DNA from: Eledone cirrhosa
Taxonomy: Eukaryota
DNA length: 64,000 nucleotides
NCBI GenBank assembly: GCA_964016885.1
Contig: OZ024743.1
Location: forward strand, 107,508,001-107,572,000
Reading direction: 5' to 3'
The translations under genes and the position numbers were made by a program. Every line of letters starts with the position of its first letter. Within the stretch, counting starts at the first letter, position 1. The notes beneath the pieces were generated by a model. It had not been told where the DNA came from and did not search any database. It saw nothing but the letters and a program-made list of their open reading frames with translations. Positions 15,357 through 29,337 of the stretch are shown one piece after another.

Positions 15357-18172
15357 ATGACCTCACTCAGAATAGGCAGCATAAATGCGCGTGGCTTGGG
15401 GTCCTCATGGAAGCAGGGTCAACTGCGAAACGACCTCAGCTCTCTAAACAGAGATGTAGTAGCCATCAGCGAGACCAGAATCTTCGAAGCACGGGTCTTC
15501 ACACCGATCTTCGGCGGCTACCTCCTGGATCGGGGGGGGGGGGTTTGTGCTTTTTCGGATAGGTTTGGATCTCGCCATACGGGTCATCTTCCTGGACCCA
15601 GAAGCAAGTTGGTGGTGCTGGACATGTTCAGTGGAGACGGGCAAGCTTTCAGGCTAGTAGCCGTCTATGCTCCGACAGGAGCAGGGCGGCCTGATTTCTT
15701 CCGGCGTCTGGAGACCTTTCTTGGAACTCCCGCTCTTTAGTGTTAGAACGGCATCTTAGATGCACGCTGGGACTGTATGGGATTAGCGGATAGGGAGGAG
15801 GGTGCAAGAGCCTCACCAACCTGCTCAGGCATTTTTAACTATCTGACAGGTACCGATTGGATTTCCCGAATGTGCCAATGTGGACTTGGACAAACCGTAT
15901 CGGGTCATCCAGATCATATCTAGATAGAGTATTTTGTAGGGAAATAGATAGGTCTAGCATAGGCTGTCCACAATTCAAGATAGTCTGCTACATGGACCAC
16001 AAATTCGTGATCTGTGTGGTTGACTAAGATAGGCTTCATAGACAAGGACCCGGCTACTGGAAGCTAAACGCGTCCTTACCAGCGCGCAAGGCCCACAGAG
16101 ACACATTAGCGAACTTGTAGAGCGGGCGTTGACGGGGGTCATCGTCAACAACAAGTGGTTGTTTGCTCTCAAAAGAGCGATTAGAATAGAGTCCATTAGA
16201 TTTAGTAAGGCTTTAGCTATAGAGAAAAATAGAGCAGAGGGAGAACTAGTTAGAAAATTAGACGAGGCGCTTAGCAAAGGCATCGCGACCGACGTACTTG
16301 CGGCGAAATTGGCCCTTGACCAATTCTTCAATGCAAAGCACGAAGGCTGCTTTGTCAGTGTTAGTGTGCGTGCTCTCAGACACGAGGGGACGAAAGCCTT
16401 TGAATGGGCCCGAGTAGCGGAGGCGCGTCGTCGCAACAGAACTGGAGAATTCCCAGCTCTGTGAGCCGATGAGTGGTGGCGCTGCTGAGAAAGGATCCGA
16501 ACAAGGGGGATAACATAGATAATTTCAGGCCTATTACTCTGCTAAACTCAGAGGTCAAGATTTTGGCCCAGGTGCTAGCAAAGACGGTGGCGCTTGTCGT
16601 TGGTGGTTTGATGGGAGAGGCGCAGACATGCGCCATTCCCGACAGATCCATTCACAACAACCTCCACCTCATGCGATACATCGTGGAGAGGGTAGCTAGG
16701 GAACCTGGCACGGGTGGGTCCTTGATCAATTTAGATCAGTCGAAAGCTTTCGATAGGGTCGACCATCGTTACTTAGCGGCAGTCCTTAGGGCGGCTTGCT
16801 TTGGGCGCATCTTCAGAGGCTGGATCGCTGCAATGCACAGCGACATCTGCTCTGTGGTGAGAGTGAACGGTCACCTTTCAGAACCGTACAACATCATGCG
16901 CTCGGTCCGCCAAGGACGTCCCCTCTCGTCGCTCTTGTACGCATTGACTCTCGAGCCATTACTGCATAAACCGGAGGCGTTGAGAGGGTCCCGCGTGAAG
17001 TAGGATGCGGAAGATCCGTGTCAGCACTACACTAAGAGAATACGAAGCGGTGACAGGAGCAATGATCAACCAGGAAAAGTCAGTGGGCCTGCAACTCGGC
17101 ACCTGGAGAGGCAGGTCCATGCCGTCCAACAGCGTCGTCGGGCGCTGGACGGACGGACCGGTTAAATTGCTAGGGGTCTGGTTCGGTCTGGACCACCAGA
17201 CGGACAACATTTGGGACGAGGTGACGAGCAGGGTGGCTTCTCTCACCCAGAAATGGGCGGAGGGGAAGCTATCCCTCAAAGGTCGAGCGGAGGTGGCTAA
17301 CGCGTAGATCGCGTCCGTCATCTACTACCGCCTGACCGTCGTACCTTGTACTAAGCCCCGCCTGACTGTTCTGGAGAGTTTGCTATTTCGCCTTTTGTAG
17401 AATGGACGCGCTCCGATGGTCAAGCGGCTAATCTGCTGTCAACACCCGCTATGTGGAGGGCTGGGCATGCCGTGGATGATGATGCGCAGACACACGCTCA
17501 GGCTACGACATCTCCACCTCTTCCTCGATGTGGTCGCCGTTTGCTAGACGCGTCTTTCCTCGGAAGTCTACCCCGTATTGGGGAATATTTCATTGTTATT
17601 TTGTTACATCCTCTGTTGTTGTTTTTTACACGCAGAAATGCCCATTTGTACCGTCCTGTACTGTCCTTAATGTCTACTTTATGTAAACACTTGTGGTTAA
17701 TAAAGAAAGTATTATTCTTATTATTATTATTTATTATTATTATTTCGCGCATTACGACGAAACCGTTGTGCACGCACTCGTTCAGTGACCGAGCATTGCT
17801 GACTTGCGGAGCTATGTCGAACAGTTGCTGTCATGTGTGGGACTGATCCGGTTGTCGACTGAGTCCATTGTGCAGATGGTCTCGCCGTCTTCCTTCGAGG
17901 AGGAAGGGCAGGCGGTATTCATCATGCTGGTGGCCATGACGAAAGAGATTGTGTGGTGGACAAAGTTAAAAGGGTTAAAGACAAACACATTCCTCTTCGG
18001 CGAATCCCTAATTAACTTTTTCAAGTTTCACTTGAAGAGGAAAATCAGGGTGGAGAGACAAGTGCTGCTTTCTAGCAAGTTTGTTGAAAGGTGGGTGAAT
18101 GTAGCGAGAATGGTCCGAGTGAACGGGACCACTCTGAATATACGTCTGTTGTTTGAGAGATGGAAAAATTGA
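15357..18172 (+). pseudogene. LINE ORF2 (APE endonuclease + reverse transcriptase), fragmented
   Basis: SINARGL...ISETR...VAVYAP (APE); NFRPITLLNSEVKILA, LDQSKAFDRVDH, VRQGRPLSSLLY (RT); multiple stops and frameshifts; YADD region deleted near 17000. Confidence 0.88.
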
Positions 18173-18553
18173 GAGAGGGCGCTTGCCCTGGTCGTCAGGG
18201 TGGCCGTGGTCTTTTGTGTGGTTTTCGCCACGAGTAACCCTCGGAGGTTTCCCCCCTATTGGGGAATTTTTCATTGTTTCAATTTTCATTTTATTGTTTA
18301 TATATATATATGTTTTATGTTCTTTTTTTTCTTTTCTTATATAAATAATAAAAATATTTACACGCACAAAACCCACATCGTATCGTCCTGTTCCGTCTGT
18401 AATGTTTTTCTTGTTGTCAGCCCTTGTGGCCAATAAAGAAATCATTATTTATTATTATTATTGTCGATAAAATAAAGTACCAGTAATGCACTGGGTAATT
18501 GCTGGCCTTGTGCCTAAAGTAGAAACAATTATTTATTATTATTATTATTATTA

Positions 18554-18608
<55 letters not shown>

Positions 18609-18689
18609 CATTATTAATATTATCAACATTATCATCATCATCATCACCACCACCACCACCAACAGCAACTATAGAAACAATACCAACAG

Positions 18690-21260
18690 CAACAGCAACA
18701 GAACATACACCTCCACCAACAAAAACAAACTCTAACAAAATAACTCAGTGTCCCACAAGAAAGCTCTCGCTCCGTTTCTCTCTCCATCTCTCGCCCCCTC
18801 CTCTCTGCGGCACATCCAAACACAAAGGCGATTAGACACAAACACACTTCCACTGCTCTCCGACACAGATTCTACATCCACCGGGACTTCTCGAAGTGAA
18901 GACTTGGGCGATCCTCAAAAAGCGAAAAAAACAAAACAAAAAAAATGAAAACACTAGAAAAAAACCTACTAATTCAACACGCAAGAGAAAACGCAGAAGG
19001 AATAGAAAATATGTATTTCACACACCAAATAGAGAAACATTCACAAGACCAACACCACGTCCACCAATACTACTTCCGATACCACTACAAGAACTACCAA
19101 CAACGAAATCATACACAACCACAACAATCATGCTGGTAAAAAAGGCCAAGCAAGAACTGATGGGCCTCATAAGCACGAAATAAAGAGATTGAGAAATAGT
19201 GGGAGATATTTGGCAATTGCATGTTTCATTTATCTGAAACATTAATGATGGTAGGAATGTCGCTAGTTGCCTAAAAAACATCAGGGAGAGCATGCCCAAT
19301 AACATGAGAGCACGTTAAATTCAAGCCACGCGGTTGATTTTTAAAGGATTTCCCACCAAATATGGAAGATGAGCCATTGGATCTCCAACAGCAATCGGAG
19401 GTTATGTATCCGCCCTATTTTTTCTCCTAACTAACCAGTCAACAAAGCTATTATAACAGCAGGGCGTATAAATGCTGGAGGCCTGGGGTCATCCTGAAAG
19501 CAATGCCGATTGTTCAAAGACCCCCGGTCACTAGCTACGAATGTGACTGTGGTCAGTGACACCAAGATTTCCGACACACTCGCAATAGCCAACATTTTTT
19601 AAGACTGGGAATTTTGCATCTCTTATCCATCCAGGAATCGCAGTACTGTTCAGGAAATGCCTGGATCTCGAAATACGTTTGATCTTCCTGGACTCAGACG
19701 GTAAATTGGTGATGTTGAACGTGAACAATAGCTGGTACTCTCAATTTATGGCCGTCTACACACCGACCAGAGCTGAAAGGTTGGTTATCTTCAAGCATCT
19801 GGAAGCCTTTCTCGAAACATCGCACCCTATATTGCTGACGGGAGACAGGAGCGATGTCTTGGAGGCACCCTGAGATTGTATGGTTTATCCGATAGATGGG
19901 TGGCTTGCCAAACCACAGGAACCTGATCAGAAACTTTTATCTACCTGACAGAAGCCGATAATGGCTTAGAATCATCTACATCGTTATTAATTAGGATAAC
20001 AGATAGTGACAGCAAAGGGTGCCTAAAATTCCAAATTCACTTATTCAGACCACAAATAGGTAATCTGCCTGGCTGACTTAGATATAGCACATAGAAAGGG
20101 ACCCCGTTACTTGAAGTATAATCGACATGCTAGCTGCGAGAATGGTACTAGACTATTTTCTCAATGCGAAGTACGAGGGCTGCATTGTCAGAACTTAATT
20201 GGAACGTCCGCTCTTCTACTTCTTGCTGAAGCGGTCTATCTGCTGACATTCTCCACTATGCAGAGGATTGAGCATGCCTTGGATGATGATTCACAAATAT
20301 GCACAGAGGCTAGGGCATTTCGAGATATTCCTAAACGGTGTACAGTTGTGGTCACCATTTGTCAGACAGGACTTTCTGCAGCTCACCGATTTGACTGCGC
20401 TACAGTCGTGGATAGAGCTAGGACTGAGACTGGGCATCTGTTATCTTGAATGTTGTTAGTCGCTCACAGACTTCAGTAGTCAGGTAATAGATTCACTTCA
20501 AATTCCACTCTAGTGTTCTATTGAGAACAGATGGTGGGCAATTGCGACGACGTTCTCTGTTAGGCACAGGGTGTCGACGAAATCCGTCTAACCAATCGGT
20601 TCCTGAGAAATTTCGGACCAGGGGCTCTTATCAAGGAAATGATTTGAGATGTATATGTCCGTGCATTACTGATTTTGGGGTTTTGTTGAACAGTTTTTCT
20701 CGCATATAGGACAGATCCGGCAATAGACCAAGGCCACCTGAATCACCACCACGCCTTTTTCTGGCTCGGAAGGGCGGGAATTCTACTTTGACTGGTGGTT
20801 GTAGTAAAATGATTTGTTTGGTAGACGCGGCTTCAAGACCAGACCCTCATAAACTATTTTAAGTTCCACTTGGAAAGGAAACTGAGGGTAGAGAGAGAAG
20901 TGCCACCTCTAGTACATTTATTAAAAGGTGGGTGATTGTAGCGAGAACAGCCCAAGTGAATGGGCTTAATCTGACCTGTGCCTGTAGGTTGGAGCGTGTA
21001 AAAAGCGTGGAGCGTGCTATTAAGGTGCTTCCAAAGAGTGGAATGGTTCATGATTATCAGAGTTCCTAAGTCACAACTGGAAGGTACTACCCTATATATG
21101 GGATACTTTATTGTTATAATTATATTGTTTATTGTTATATGTTAGATATTTTACATGTTTTGAATTTTTTTAGCATTTTCTAAATCCCCATATCCGTCTT
21201 GTATATTGTCATAGATGTTTTAGCCGTTGTGGCCAATAAACAAATAATCATTATTATTAT
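18690..21260 (+). mobile_element. Older, heavily deleted copy of the L1/Tx1-like family
   Basis: DSDGKLVMLNV...AVYTPT...LEAFLETS parallels the 15357 ORF; tttaagttccacttggaaaggaaa...gaga matches the 18020 region; 3' end gccgttgtggccaataaa plus ATT tail. Confidence 0.75.
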
Positions 21261-22105
21261 TTTCGTACTATTTTTTTAATTAATTGTTACATTGGTATTA
21301 ACTACAGTTTATAGGTTGTAGTTATAGTTAACATAACTCAGAGTTTAGAAGATTTAAGAAAGGCGAACTAAAATGGTTAAACGATATGTTAATTCCATTA
21401 ATTAGCAGAAGCCCTTGTTTATATAATATCTAGCTAGTTTACAATTTTTAACTGTTTCTGGCAAAATAAAAACAATTAATAAAACTAAAAAAAAAAAAAT
21501 TCAAAATGTTACTAGGCGTCTAGCATCTGTATAATAACCTTTTCGTAACTCATCCTCGACAGCTGAGTGATCTTTGAAACCTATTTAACTCGTTCTCGAA
21601 TACGCCAACTGAGTATTGAGAAATTAAACTAGATGTAATAGTTGAAAACGAAAACTGTTTCCAGTAATGACGTTTGAACCCTATTGATTGCTGAGTGATT
21701 GAAGTCTCATAAATATTTTCAATGTATAATCCTTATAGAGAATTCTGTTGGATGCAAAGCGTGGTATGTCATTGTGATCCGAACACCATAAAAATATTTA
21801 CTGTAAAAGACTCTATTGATTGAACTTATGTAATTTTTGGAAGAGGAAAAGAGATTATTTTCTCCTAGACACGTAAAGCTTGATGGAGACATAGAGGCGT
21901 GGTAGTAATAAATGGAGTTTCTTTGGAATTTTAAACCTGGCGAAGACAACCCCTCTCCAGCGCTGAACATAACCGATCACTTTCAGAGAGAGAGAGAGTG
22001 GGAGAGAGAGATATATAGATAGATAGAGAGAGATAGAGAGAGAGAGGTGGAGAGAGAGTGTGTAGTGAAAAAGAGATTCACCCTTATAACTAGATTGGAA
22101 TTATA

Positions 22106-22926
22106 CAGGGTTTGGTATAAAGATTTCCCACATTTTGAAGGGACATAAAAAAAGGACACAATTATCTAGGAAAGAAAACTGATCATATTTCTAAAAAGTA
22201 CAATAAAAATAGTAATATTTTAATGATTTCTAAAAAATTATATAAGCCAAATGGTGGCAATACATTGATGGAGCCGTTCCGAGAAGTTCTCCATGACTCT
22301 CCTGGTCATCTCAGGTGGAATTGCTTCGATTTTCTCTCTGATCCTTCAAGAGTTCGAGGACGGTGCTAGAAAACCTTTTCCTTTGGGTATCCCCAGAGGG
22401 GAACTTGACAGTGGAGTGAGCCACATCGTTACTCAAAAGAACTGCAGCGGCGGGAACTCGTTAAAAGAATTGCCCACTTAAGGCTCAGCAGGTGACACAA
22501 TCTGTCTTGATATCCCTATTGCTATGCTGTACCAACGAACGGGAGGCCTTGAAAATTGCTGAATGGCTGCTGATACGGCTGCCACAACCTCTGGAGTTCT
22601 AACGGTCCTATGTCTGCCAGGTGATTTCCTTTTCAATGTAGATCCAGTTGCCTGAAGAATAGAAATCCAAAGCAAAATCATTTTCCTATCTAGTACAGAT
22701 GCCTTTGGACCGAGCGCGAAACGTCTACGGAACGTTCGCTGCGTCACTATTACAGAACAGTTGTATTCATAATATGCTTGAATAATAAGGTCACGATGTT
22801 CAACGGTCCATCTCATGATGAGTACTGAAAATAGCCTACCGAATGAAACCTGCCCCGCTCCTCTAACGCCACTACTGTCCACACAATATCCGTTCCAAAT
22901 TTGGGAGACATTTATGCCCCACCCTC
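22106..22926 (-). mobile_element. Internally deleted Tc1/mariner-superfamily element
   Basis: Imperfect TIRs cagggtttggtataaagatttcccacattt / aaatttgggagacatttatgccccaccctc with TA flanks; minus-strand MRWTVEHRDLIIQAYYE...TQRTFRRRF...TGSTLKRKSPGRHRTVRTPE (N-terminal HTH); catalytic domain missing. Confidence 0.8.
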
Positions 22927-23827
22927 TATTTATCGACATCGAAAACATAAAATGAATGTTGCTCCATGGAAAAATAACATTAAAAAAGTGGCAGAGCAAT
23001 GTAGGAAAAGGCACTTAACACTCTGTAGATGTGTTGAACATGCATCAAGTATTTGGGGCCCGTTTCTAGTTTGAGGTTTGGCCCTTGTCTTACACTTAAA
23101 CCACTAAAGATGTGACCCGACAAAAGATCTAGTATTCCAGTTGATGGAATGTAATATCTAACTTTATAAACAAGTTTAAAAAAGATGCTCGACATAACAA
23201 TTTTCAAGGAAACTAAAATATTACGAGAGCGGGGAATATTCTGAAAGTAGCAAACTTATCTGAGTGGGTGCAACTGAGTAGTCACCATTAAAGCTACAAG
23301 ATAGTGATGTAAACCCGGATGGAACAAATACCTCCAGTCATATTTTCCAATAATCTTACAATACACGAAATGAACGCTGCGATATATTTTATCGAATACG
23401 AAATATAATGGAAATGGGTTAATATGATTAGCCGATGGTCACATAGTCGTACATAACAGTAGTAAATCAACATATGCTTAATCTAGCATTTGAAAATGCA
23501 TGTGGATTTTCTGTGTTTTGTATTCGTACGCATAGGGAAAGCTATTCTGTAATGTAAATGTATACATGATTTAGCATTTATCAACTAGGGTATCTTGTTT
23601 TATATTTATTTACATGCCATCTTTAGTTCACTTGAAATTAACGAATAAGTGTGTGTATGTGTTTGCGTGTGTGTGTGTGTGCTGGGTTGAGTATGTATAC
23701 GAAAATATTAATTTCCCAACACTGAAAACCATTGTAATAATAACCGATCAATAAGAATAATTTGAGAAACCTGAGTTTAATAAACCTGGAAAAAGGTGGT
23801 TTGGGGCGTTTTTGTCAACCATTATTT

Positions 23828-24080
23828 ATATGGCGGTGGTTAGTTACGTCCCTTTACGATCTGAGTTCAATTACCGCCGAGGTTAACTTTGCCTTTCATC
23901 CTTACGGGGTCGGTAAAATAAAGTACCAGTAATGTACTGGGATAATTGCTGGCCTTGTGCCAAAAAGTAGAAACAATTATTTATATGGCGGTGGATTGGC
24001 AGTATCAGTAGAGAGTCGGACACCATGCTGGCCTTGTGCCACCATGCTGGCCTTGTGCCAAAAATAGAAACAATTATTTA
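23828..24080 (+). mobile_element. tRNA-derived SINE plus partial tandem copy
   Basis: ctgagttcaattaccgccgaggttaactttgcctttcatccttacggggtcggtaaaataaagtaccagt. Confidence 0.85.
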
Positions 24081-24579
24081 TACTGATCGTCTATCATTAC
24101 AGTAAATTTCTGTGTTAGGATGCTTGCATTTTCAAATTGCAGAACTATCTTAACGTTCCGTAAGGCATCAAAGTTTGTTTTTCGGTTTGGTTTTTCTATT
24201 TGTTGGGAAGTATGACATCAATCCTTCTTTACTTCTAAGCAAACATGGCATCGTATGTTTGGTCACTGGAAGAATGTCAGAGGAGATATGGAAAATACAA
24301 ATACACTCATGATATATAATCTTCATCTTAATGCTTGGATGATGCCTCAAGGCATTTCTGGCGAGCTAAAATTGTTTTCATATTTCACTAAAATAAAATA
24401 CATTATAAGCAAAACATTTTAAAAATTATTACTTTCTTTTATGTGACAAGGCTAAACTATTACTAAATAAAGGATTCGATTGGAATTAATAGATGCTGTT
24501 ACCTGGAAGGCAGAAGGTTAAAAGGAATCGTAAGATGCATTCTTCGGAGCGTAAGATGCATTCACTGAGGATAATTCAG

Positions 24580-24742
<163 letters not shown>

Positions 24743-25267
24743 CTGTGTGCTGTTGAAGAAGTTGCTTATGATAATGATGGTAATGAAGCAGATTCTTTTC
24801 TTTTTTGAAGTGCTGTTCACAGTATCCCCAACGTCATACAAGCGTTTGAGTAGAATTATAAACATGTTTTCATAACTTATTGTTTCGAGAGAGAAAAACG
24901 TTTTTGTTCTGAAAACAATACATTTCTATATAATGCCATAAACTCTATATATTCATTTTTATACCAATTTGAGATTTTCTTCTCGTTATCATTAAAAGCT
25001 TAGATTATTGTTTATATATATTCTAGATGACAGTAGGTCAGAAGTAGGTGATCGTGGATACTTCGTTGGTCGCAAATCGATTAATCTATTAATTTCATGT
25101 GCATTAAGATTATATGTAAGTGACAGAGTGTTCCAAACAACGGCGTTTAAAGCAACTCTGAGAGAGCACAAGCAGGACACGATATGTGACAGAGCTAACC
25201 CTTTAAATTAATGATAGAACCCAGGAAAATAAGTGTGAAAGATATATATATATATGCAGAGAGAGAG

Positions 25268-25396
<129 letters not shown>

Positions 25397-25413
25397 CAAG
25401 AGAGAGAGAGTGG

Positions 25414-25450
<37 letters not shown>

Positions 25451-26263
25451 AGAGAGATAAAGACACTCAATAATGCATTAGCACATATCCCTCTTTTCGG
25501 ACAGGTCCCGATCATTCTACTCTACTCCACTTCGGGTCATGCTTGCCAGGTCATGGTTGTCAGATTTAGGTTCCTTCGGAAATGACCGAAAGAATGCGGT
25601 CGCAAATAAAAATGGCAAAAATGGGATTCCTCCGAAGGATATTTCAAGCAACATTACTTGAAAAAGGTACAGCTCCAGGTTGAGTAGCTACTACTCCGAA
25701 TTGAAAGAAATCCCACCTCTCTCTCATGAGGTTAGAATGTCAAAGGAAAGATTACCTTGGGACGTTTTCCGGACAAACCAACCGACAGGAGGACAAAGCA
25801 TATACTATGCGTAGGATGATTGGGTAAGATCCTTAACCTCATTTGGGCTCATTTGGGAATCCAGTCGGATCATTTGGAAACGATTGCTTCTGAGAGGATT
25901 CTAGGGATGGTGTTGTCATTGGCCCCTGCCCGTAAGACATTCCCAAAATGACATCAACACCAAAGAAGAAGAAGAAGAAGAAGAAGAAGAAGACGACGAC
26001 GACGACGACGACGACACCATTTGTGATTACTTTGTTATTTGGTATGTGAATCTGAGTATTCATTTACTGAAATAATAATGTAAAAGTATATTTAGTTACT
26101 AAAATAATAAAATAATATATTCGTTTGTAGCGTAAAAAGAAGGGCGTTGCATCCATGATATGTGAGGGCAGGTATGATGGTTTATTTTAAAACTATAGTG
26201 CGTTAATCTCCAAGAGTTCGTTTGCACCTTGGAATTTGACACTGGGCAGCGTGCTGCATATAT

Positions 26264-26805
<542 letters not shown>

Positions 26806-26809
26806 TACG

Positions 26810-26862
<53 letters not shown>

Positions 26863-26866
<4 letters not shown>

Positions 26867-27651
26867 GACCCGAACAAGCAAACATTAAACAATCTTTTAA
26901 ATAAATTAAAATACGATTTAAAATTTCACCTGTTCTTGTGCTGTGACCGACGGTTTATCAAAAGATTGGAAATTCAGAGAATTTCCAATGGAAAGAATCA
27001 GCTCTTCAGACAGTTATTTCCAAAACCACAAGGCACAAAGCCTCGTAGTTAGTAAATATATCGCTTTCTGCCCGATGCATGGGGTCAGGCCATTAATGTA
27101 ACCCATACATAAATAGGCCTTAAGAAAAAGGGGGAGTTATAGACTTGTTGATATTTCATGTTACTAAAAATAGCAGCACGATACAACATTTTTTCCTCTA
27201 CATAGAAGGAGAATACAAATAAATGATATAAATATTCCAGTGGGTTCTAGGTAACCATGGAAATATACATGACGTCTATAACAGTTTTTGTTCAATGGTA
27301 CTAATTTGAGATACCAGAACTATAAAAATGAGCGGAACAAGCAAATATTAAACAGTCGTTTAAATAAATTAAAATACGATTTTAAAATTCACCTGTTCTA
27401 TTGCTGTGATCGATTCTTTCCATTGGAAATTCTCTGAATTTCCAATCTTTTGATAAGCGAAACCGTCGGTCACAGCACTAGAACAGGTGAATTTTTAGTC
27501 GTATTTTAATTTATTTCAAAGATTGTTTAATGTTTGCTTGTTCCGCTCATTGTTATAGTTCAGGTATCTCAAATTAGTACCATTGAACAACAACTGTTAT
27601 AGACACCATATATTTCTGTGGGTACCTAGTACCCACTGGAATATTTTTATC

Positions 27652-27657
<6 letters not shown>
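26863..27657 (-). mobile_element. HHR-bearing 463-bp unit, partial tandem copy and inverted copy, in a TA tract
   Basis: The unit start at 26863 recurs at 27326 (period 463); 27409-27657 is an inverted copy. Composite HHR: ctgt-CTGAAGA-gctgatt...gataagc-GAAA-ccgtcgg-TC-acag (26940-27014 minus; 3' half intact at 27459-27476 plus). Confidence 0.8.
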
Positions 27658-27682
<25 letters not shown>

Positions 27683-27709
27683 CATACACACACAGACACA
27701 CACACACAC

Positions 27710-27760
<51 letters not shown>

Positions 27761-27977
27761 TGTGTTAAGGTATCATCAATAGACATGCAAGATGATTAGG
27801 TTTCTCAATAAGCTCAATGGACCTTGGTTTAGGTCATCAATAAGTCAAGTTTAAAACATATATGTCGAGGGAGAGAAACATATAACGTTGGAGAAACACA
27901 AATTATCTTTACAAATATTTAAAGCAAATAATATTAAGGAAAATGCACTTACTTTCAGGTGGAAAAAGCCATTATTC

Positions 27978-28089
27978 ACCTCATGTTGCCGTTTCATAGT
28001 TTAAAAAAAACGGAGCTGCAAATCAATTATCGATTACCAACTATCTATTTGGGTAAATCAATGGAAGACAGGAACTAATCATCAGAGGC
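27978..28089 (-). ncRNA. Decayed hammerhead ribozyme
   Basis: gcct-CTGATGA-t-tagtt...aacta-t-GAAA-cggcaaca-TG-aggt; cleavage triplet and stem III damaged. Confidence 0.45.
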
Positions 28090-28164
28090 ATTGTCTTTAA
28101 ATGTCTCACACTGTAGAACGTACCTATATATCTGTTGGGATTCGGGAGTTAGTGAAATTCCTAA

Positions 28165-28211
<47 letters not shown>

Positions 28212-28267
28212 CGGTGCCCCTACCACTCGCTTAGGAGTTACACACGCGCGCACGCACGCACACACAG

Positions 28268-28310
<43 letters not shown>

Positions 28311-28407
28311 AATTTGCATATATGTATTTAACAAGGGATATTTTGCCTCGCGTATAATTGGTTCCTCTTTTTTTTACAGATTAGATACATTTGTCATTTA
28401 GAGAGCA

Positions 28408-29337
28408 CTAGCAGTAAAGCCCGGCGTTGCTCGGGGTCGCTCAGTAGCTGTGTTAAAGTTACAATGTTAAGTTTCTTTCTTGGCTTAAAAACTGTAGTGT
28501 CTACTGTGCAGACTTGCATGTGGTGTTTTTGATTAATATTCCCTCAACCAACAATATGCCTTATGAAGTTAAGAAAACATAACGATAACCCGAATGTTAT
28601 AACAAAAGAGGATGCTGGGGATAGAAACTGCACTGGTTATTTATTAACAAAGATCGAAAATGTAAACACTGCAACGCAGAGAAAAACATTAGCGTAACCA
28701 AATTATCAGTTGTGTCTGTCTGCACGCCTATATCACCTCTCTGCACGACTGTCTGTCTGCACGCCTATATCACCTCTCTGCACGACTGTCTGTCTGCACG
28801 CCTATATCACCTCTCTGCACGACTGTCTGTCTGCACGCGTATATCACCTCTCTGCACGACTTTCTGTCTGCACGACTGTCTGTCTGCACGACTGTCTGTC
28901 TGCACGCCTAACGACGAAATATTTGCTTGTTTTACGTAGTCTTTAAATAGACTTGTTTTCAAGTAAAAATATTGTTATAAAATGCTTTTAAATGGAAATG
29001 AAGCAAAACGGAAGCATAGTGTTCGAACTGATGAATTTTGCAGGTCAATATTTTGCTGGCTCAACAACTGTTAAAGCCAGCGTAATTTTTTACGTAAGAC
29101 GCTCAATGTAAACAGAACAAAGGGAAATAACTGATAACTTACGCTCAAAAATCGATACATTATATTCGATTTCGTCACATAGGGTGGGTCAATTTGAAAT
29201 TTTTTTTTTCCAATGTCTTCGCTAGGGCTCAATGTACAAGTATAGCAATTTCGGTGCAATTCCGTGAGAGATTCTAAGAGGAGATGTGTGCCAAAAATCG
29301 ATAGACAGACAGACAACCACAGTTTTATATATATAGA
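28408..29337 (-). mobile_element. Non-autonomous Helitron-like element
   Basis: Minus strand starts A|TCtatatatataaaac...gtctgtctgtct and ends with hairpin cccgagcaacgccggg, then CTAG|T; inserted between A and T with no TSD. Confidence 0.85.
28712..28907. repeat. 37-bp minisatellite (about 4 copies plus 16-bp subrepeats) inside the Helitron
   Basis: Unit ctgtctgtctgcacgcctatatcacctctctgcacga, period 37. Confidence 0.92.

Larger units (their letters stand above)
13316..18460 (+). mobile_element. Near full-length decayed L1/Tx1-like LINE flanked by (ATT)n
   Basis: ORF1 with CCHC knuckle, ORF2 with APE endonuclease and RT, 3' UTR ending gcccttgtggccaataaagaaatc followed by ATT repeats. Confidence 0.9.

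Noticed and set aside
14292-17003. Active LINE ORFs
   Set aside because: Multiple stops, frameshifts and loss of the YADD region show the copy is non-functional.
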